From Takakia lepidozioides (taxonomy: Eukaryota; Plantae; Bryophyta), in NCBI GenBank assembly GCA_030704615.1, contig CM060731.1:2170001-2234000 (forward strand): a DNA stretch of 64,000 bases, written 5' to 3'. Each line of letters starts with the position of its first letter. Position 1 is the stretch's first letter. A program made the position numbers and the translations under genes. Below, piece by piece: positions 58,583 to 64,000 of this stretch. The notes under the pieces are model-generated. The model worked only from the letters and a program-made list of their open reading frames with translations, was not told the origin of the DNA and ran no database searches.

Positions 58583-61500
58583 GTGTTCACACAGCCAACA
58601 CAGCCTACCACAGTCTGTCACAGCCCATCACATGCAACACAACCCACACAGGTTGCACAGTCCATTGGAGCAGTGACATGTGGATACGAGTTAACAACAA
58701 TAAAGTGGCCGGTAAATATAAAGACAGTTTGGGAGTCAAACTCGGAGTATGTGCCACGGGGACAGAAGAAGACGGGAGAATGTTTGAATTCAAACACGTG
58801 GCCTAAGAGGCGTAGCACTCCGCATTGCATGTACTGCAATAATGAGCGCCATCACACAAGACGACAAACAGGGCCGTCAAAGTATCTACCCGGTACATCA
58901 GCCAAAACTTATCATGAGCCCATTAATGCACCAAGAGGACATGTGACGGAACATTTAACGCGTCCGGCAAAGGGTAACCTTTGCCACATATGCAGTCCTA
59001 GTGGTCATTCCAAGATAGAATGTGAACATGATAGGGTGGAAATGAAAAATTACCTAATGAGGCAACGGCCAATCAGCAACGTGAATTTTGTGCAAGAAAC
59101 TCCATTCAAGAAACAAGAACAAGAAACTAAGAAGATTGTGAGCGGAAGAATCGATGTTATCCCGGATAACCAGTGTCTCGACAGGAGGGGCAATCAAAGC
59201 TATAGCTTTGTAGCTATGGCGGATATCACGAACTATACACTAGCTCTACTTCTTACGCAGTGGCGCAAGGAAGGACAGGATGAAAGTATTTTCTCTCTCA
59301 CTCGCTGTTTGCAAGCCCCGCAGGCTTACACACACCTACCTGTTCCATTCTGCGCTAATCACACTTTCATGCTATATGCATTGCAAGCTTTCTTGCAGTT
59401 ATTCCAAACAAGGCCTTCTTGTTTGTCCGGGATGAAGCGAATCAGAGAGATGGAGGATCTACGAGTGAAGAGCACGACGATTTTACAAAGGCAAACAATC
59501 GCCACACCACAGGCAGTGCAGCTGTTAAAGGAGTTGCGGTTGGAGGGACTGTTGCGCAAAGAGTGGTCTTTGCATCATCGAGATTTGATGATCCAATTCA
59601 TCAAGAACTTTGAGCCAAGAACAGGAGTTACGCAGGTGAAGGGCGTGGATATACAAGTTATTCCACAGTACTTGCAGCAGCTTTTTGATTTACCATCTGG
59701 TAACGTGAGCGTGGATGAGCACAGGGCAAGATTGCAAATAGTGGATCTTTTCCAAGAAAAGAGATTTTTCAGGAACCAGGGATTTACTTGCATCAAAGCC
59801 GAGTACCCATGTTTGAGGGAAATAGACCAGATACTAAACATTCTATTTGCCATGAAACAGAACCAACAGTGTCTTAGAAACCATAGTGGCACCTCCACTT
59901 GCAACAAGAACCCCTCACGATGATGTTTCTATAGCTCCTGCACAAGATGGGGTACAGCAGCACAATGAGCTGTTATTACTGGAAGCACGGCCATTAGAGA
60001 GGGAGGATGAAGTCACTTCAGTACCACGGCTAGCACAGCAAGCTGACCAAGTTGCCCCAGCAGTAACTCAGACTGGTCTTGATGTTACACCGGGGCCTCT
60101 TATTGTGGAGAGAGAGAGATTGGACATCCCCACTACGGAGCAAGTAGTGGCAGAAATTGAGAAGGGCGATCTTCTCTATGAAAACTCTGGTATGGTTAGA
60201 GACCCCATGGTACCAAAGATACAGAGTCAGCCCAAGAAAATCCCCGATGTGCAGGTTATGCCCAAACCTGTGTTGGAGGTTGAAGTGGTAAAGGGTAAGG
60301 GTACTGCAGCACTTATGGAAGATGAGATTGCTCAAGTACAAGATCATGTGGGATCATGGCCTGATTGGTTTGTGAAACACCAAACTATTGAGAATCAGGA
60401 AGAACTACAGCAGGTTTTCCATGAAGATCCACAGCAGACCATGGTTATGGGTTCCATAAGCAGGACTCTCAACCTGTTGGGCACCTATTTCAAGACTCAC
60501 GTTTCTTCCACTCAGTTGGCAGCATTGCGGGAGGAGCTCAAACAAGAGTTTGAGGCAAGAATTGTCACTGAGTGTGCAAACAAGGTGGATGTGGAGGCCA
60601 ACCTCAAGTTGCAGCAAGAATTGGAGGACACTAAAGCTGCCCTACAGCTTGAGAATGAGAACTTAATTGGGGCAGGTCTTGAGCAGGAGAAGTTACATGA
60701 GGTGCATAAGCAGCAGTTATACCAGATGCAAGTTCAGCATGAGGGGAATTTGCAAGAAGTGAAGTTGCTTCATATGGGATTGGAAGCAGCCAATCAGAAA
60801 CTGGTCATACAGTGTGCCACACTAACGACTAATTTGGAGATGGCTGCGATGGAGGTCAAGAAGCAAGCTGTGAGATGTATATGGGCGGAGACAGAGGCAA
60901 TGGAGCAAGGGAAACTCATTGCTGACATGAAGGATACTCTCTGTCGCAATGAAAATACAATTCAACAGTTGAACCAGGTCAATGCCCAGAAGGACAGGCA
61001 ACTTTTAGCAAACGATCACAGTTTAGCACTTGAATACAATCGAGCTATGATTCTGCCCTTCAACCAAATTCCCATTGTTATGGATGTGGCTTGGAAAGAA
61101 TTCAGTCCTTCGGAGTCTTTGGCACATTATTACCAGATCATGCGCATTTGGTTGCCAGTGGCAACTCGGACTAAGGTTCTTCCAACTGACAGACCCATTG
61201 AAGATCACCATTTTGCACAGTACTGGTCTGAGGCAGCAACCATGCTGAAGGAATTAATTGCCTTCCACATCGTTCATGGATTCATTTACACCAAGACCAA
61301 GGAGGTACCTAGTCTGGTCATGGGCTGTGGGATGTACTATGCTGCTTGCTTTGTTTTACGCTACCACACTGAGCAGCAAAAGATGTAGATGAGGTTTCAG
61401 ACTTATTCCATTGGGGAGCATTGGACGTTACCTCCAGTTCCAGACCACAAATATCTGTATGATGTGAGACTCATGCTTCGGTGAGATAAGCAACTTAATG

Positions 61501-62059
61501 ATTGGTTCTCTTCTGCTTTGGAGCAATTACAAAAGGAGAACTTGGGCCTTGACACATTTTGCCCAAAGGGCATGAGGCCAGAAAGTGGCTGCACTTTTCA
61601 AAGGTCATAGGCACACCACTCAGCGCCTATACCGATGAAGAGCTGCAGGCATATACTAATCTTGCCCAAAATAAATTGACACAAGTCTTACTACATACTG
61701 TTCCAGACATGGTGGGCATACATTGTATGCCAGTCAAGCTTCCTGAGAAGCCACAGAAGGTCAGGAAACAGCACGGCCAACGGTGGGAAGATGATTCGAA
61801 TACCACTGGTTCTTTGGAGGGCAATTTTGACATGACTGAGGATTATGAGAGACAAATGGAGGAGAAGAAACGACGGGGATCTCCTATGCCTGAGAAATTG
61901 CCACCATATCAACCCAAGATAGGACAGTCAGCTCCATCTAGTCGACAGTCATCCCCACCAGCCAAAGACACGGCTCGGGCTCATACACAGGGCCCTCAGA
62001 GGGACTCTCACCAGCAAAAGGGTGCTCGTTCGCAGAGGTTTGCTGATCCTAAGCAGTAA
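58583..62059 (+). CDS. Additional sense ORF region between integrase and PPT (446, 500 and 166 aa pieces; long coiled coil)
   Basis: Long ORFs 58583-59923, 59886-61388 and 61559-62059. E/Q/L-rich heptads around 60500-61040. Position is typical of Gypsy extra ORFs. Confidence 0.6.
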
Positions 62060-62080
62060 ACCATGAGGGCACGGCTTTTT

Positions 62081-63014
62081 GAGATGGGGAGGAATAATAT
62101 TAGAGGGCTGTCTGGGACTTAGACAGTTTTACAGGTTCTGTGGGGTACCCTTAATTTTGTGCAGACTTAAGGGTGGTAGACTCAAACCAACACAGGCCTT
62201 AGGGGTGCAGACACAGGCCTTAGGGGTGGTAACAGGCTCACACAGTCAGCAGTCATAGGCTTACACAGCCTATCACAGTTAGCCACAGTCAGGTACAGTC
62301 ACAGTCAGTCACAGCCCGACATAGCCCGACACAACACACAGTCGACACGGTCTGTCATAGTACTACACGTCACAGTCTGACACAGCCACAGTTAGACACA
62401 GCCAGTCACAGCCTAACACAGTCACAGCCCGACACAGCCAATCACAGCCCAACACAGTCACAGCCCGACACAGCTTGGCACAACCCATCACAGCGTCACA
62501 CAGGTCATAATTTAACACAGGGAGCGGTTATCACTGGCAGGGAATGAGTGTGCGGGAACGTCCACAGCAAGGGGAACGACAGTACTTACCACTGTCTTGG
62601 CTGGCAGTTAGTTAGTTAGGCGGTTAGAACAGCTTGCAGAGACATTATGCAGAGTAACTACATGGAGTATCACTTCTTGGGGGACGGCGGACATCACTTC
62701 TTGGGATCACTTCTGGAGCACTTATGGCATCAGGGAGAGAAGCACGATCTTGAGCATAGGAATGGAGAGCACAGTGGAGGAGGAGAGACGATCTGATGAT
62801 GCTTGATACATGCAACCTATAGAGATGTATTGTAAGGCAGAATAGAGACACCATGGCTTTGGCCTGATACTTGATAGATATTAATATGATTCCTATTTCA
62901 TATTCACACTGTGTAGAGAGACCTAAGTGAAGCTGTGGAATGAATGTTTAAGTAGATGGAACCTGGTAGATTGTAGAAGCAATCTGATACTTGATCATTG
63001 GCAGTAGGGTAACA
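62081..63014 (+). mobile_element. Polypurine tract and 3' LTR (about 62098-63014) of the Gypsy element
   Basis: GAGATGGGGAGGAA, then TATTAG (TGTTA expected) ... GGTAACA. Internal ACACAG/TCACAG simple repeats at 62190-62520. Confidence 0.75.
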
Positions 63015-64000
63015 TATTAAACATGAATGCAAGAAGGAACCGATATTGGGAGGCACCCCCATGATACACTAGCTGTAGGTCATGACTGATTGTTCTGAGC
63101 AGGATGAGTACTTAGAGATATCCAACTCTTCTATCTTGGAGTTTCCACCTCGGATAGCAAAGGGATGGGTGAGTAAAAGCCGCTCAACAATTATTTACGC
63201 AAGCTGTCCACTACATGCAGACACGTCAAGCGGATTTGCTTTCCAAGACTCCACAAAGATCCTACCAGCATGGTGACGACACCACCTGCCACCACTGCCT
63301 ACTTGCGGAGAACAGGATGCCTCCCAAATGGTTCCGTTGAACGATCTCTTACACTCTATGTGTTCTTTTTATTTGTTGAGTTCTTACAGGGATAATACGT
63401 ATAAGCCAAAGCCCCCGGCCGGTGGGGCACTCTCTTCATATTTCTGCAAAACATGAGCTGTATAACCCCACTGTCGTTCATCATTGTCCTACCCCAAGAG
63501 ATACGGACGGGGTTCGCAAGATCCCCCTTCACATAGGTCTCTTTTCAACCGGGATACACCAGATAGCGCCCCAATACAGCTGCTCCCCCTAGTCGTCATC
63601 ACCAGGGAACCCGGATCTGCAACAAGCACTGCCCTTAGTGTTTACAGTGCTATGAAGCTCAAAGCACCATGTAACCCGAAAGTCAACCCTAAACCATAAA
63701 CCCTGAACCTCTAATTACATGAAAAAAGTCCATAACTTTCTTGGTGGTCCTTTGTAATAGGCAAATATATATTTTCAACGAAGGGAGTTTCTTTAATTCA
63801 TTCATTTTCCTCCTATAGAACAATTTGAAAATTCACTGTTTTTTAGGGTACTTAAAAATACATGAAATTTACATAATTAAATATTAATCTATTAGATTTG
63901 TCATTTTAGTTTCTTTAAGAAAAGTGTCTCTTTATAGTGATTCCTTTTTTCCATTTTGGTATGTGCCATGAAAGAAAAAAGTCCATAACGATAACATTTG

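Overview
Eukaryotic land-plant DNA. PLS-type PPR relics and the transposon types suggest a non-seed plant, but this is inference. The window is almost all nested, decayed transposable elements: hAT, CACTA/EnSpm, three Mutator-like (MULE) elements, a MITE, an L1-type LINE and several Ty3/Gypsy pieces. One six-exon host gene is present (TKPR1-like tetraketide alpha-pyrone reductase, 29675-32704, minus strand, with a non-canonical TT donor at intron 3), plus a fragmented PPR pseudogene cluster. The most unusual signal is a second, intron-containing cargo gene in the MULE-type elements. It encodes a ParB/Srx-like domain (VWDGNHRL) and, in the most complete copy (18743-24348), a C-terminal bacterial/phage-type beta-class DNA amino-methyltransferase (N6-A/N4-C) fold. 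Homologous ParB-like exons occur three times (about 20.3, 37.0 and 54.8 kb), beside two different transposase types. In the two longer copies, the intron just before the ParB-like exon holds a tandem array of element-specific palindromes, reminiscent of a parB/parS layout. All copies here carry frameshifts, stops or truncations, so activity cannot be judged from this window. All domain calls come from reading motifs by eye; no database search was run.
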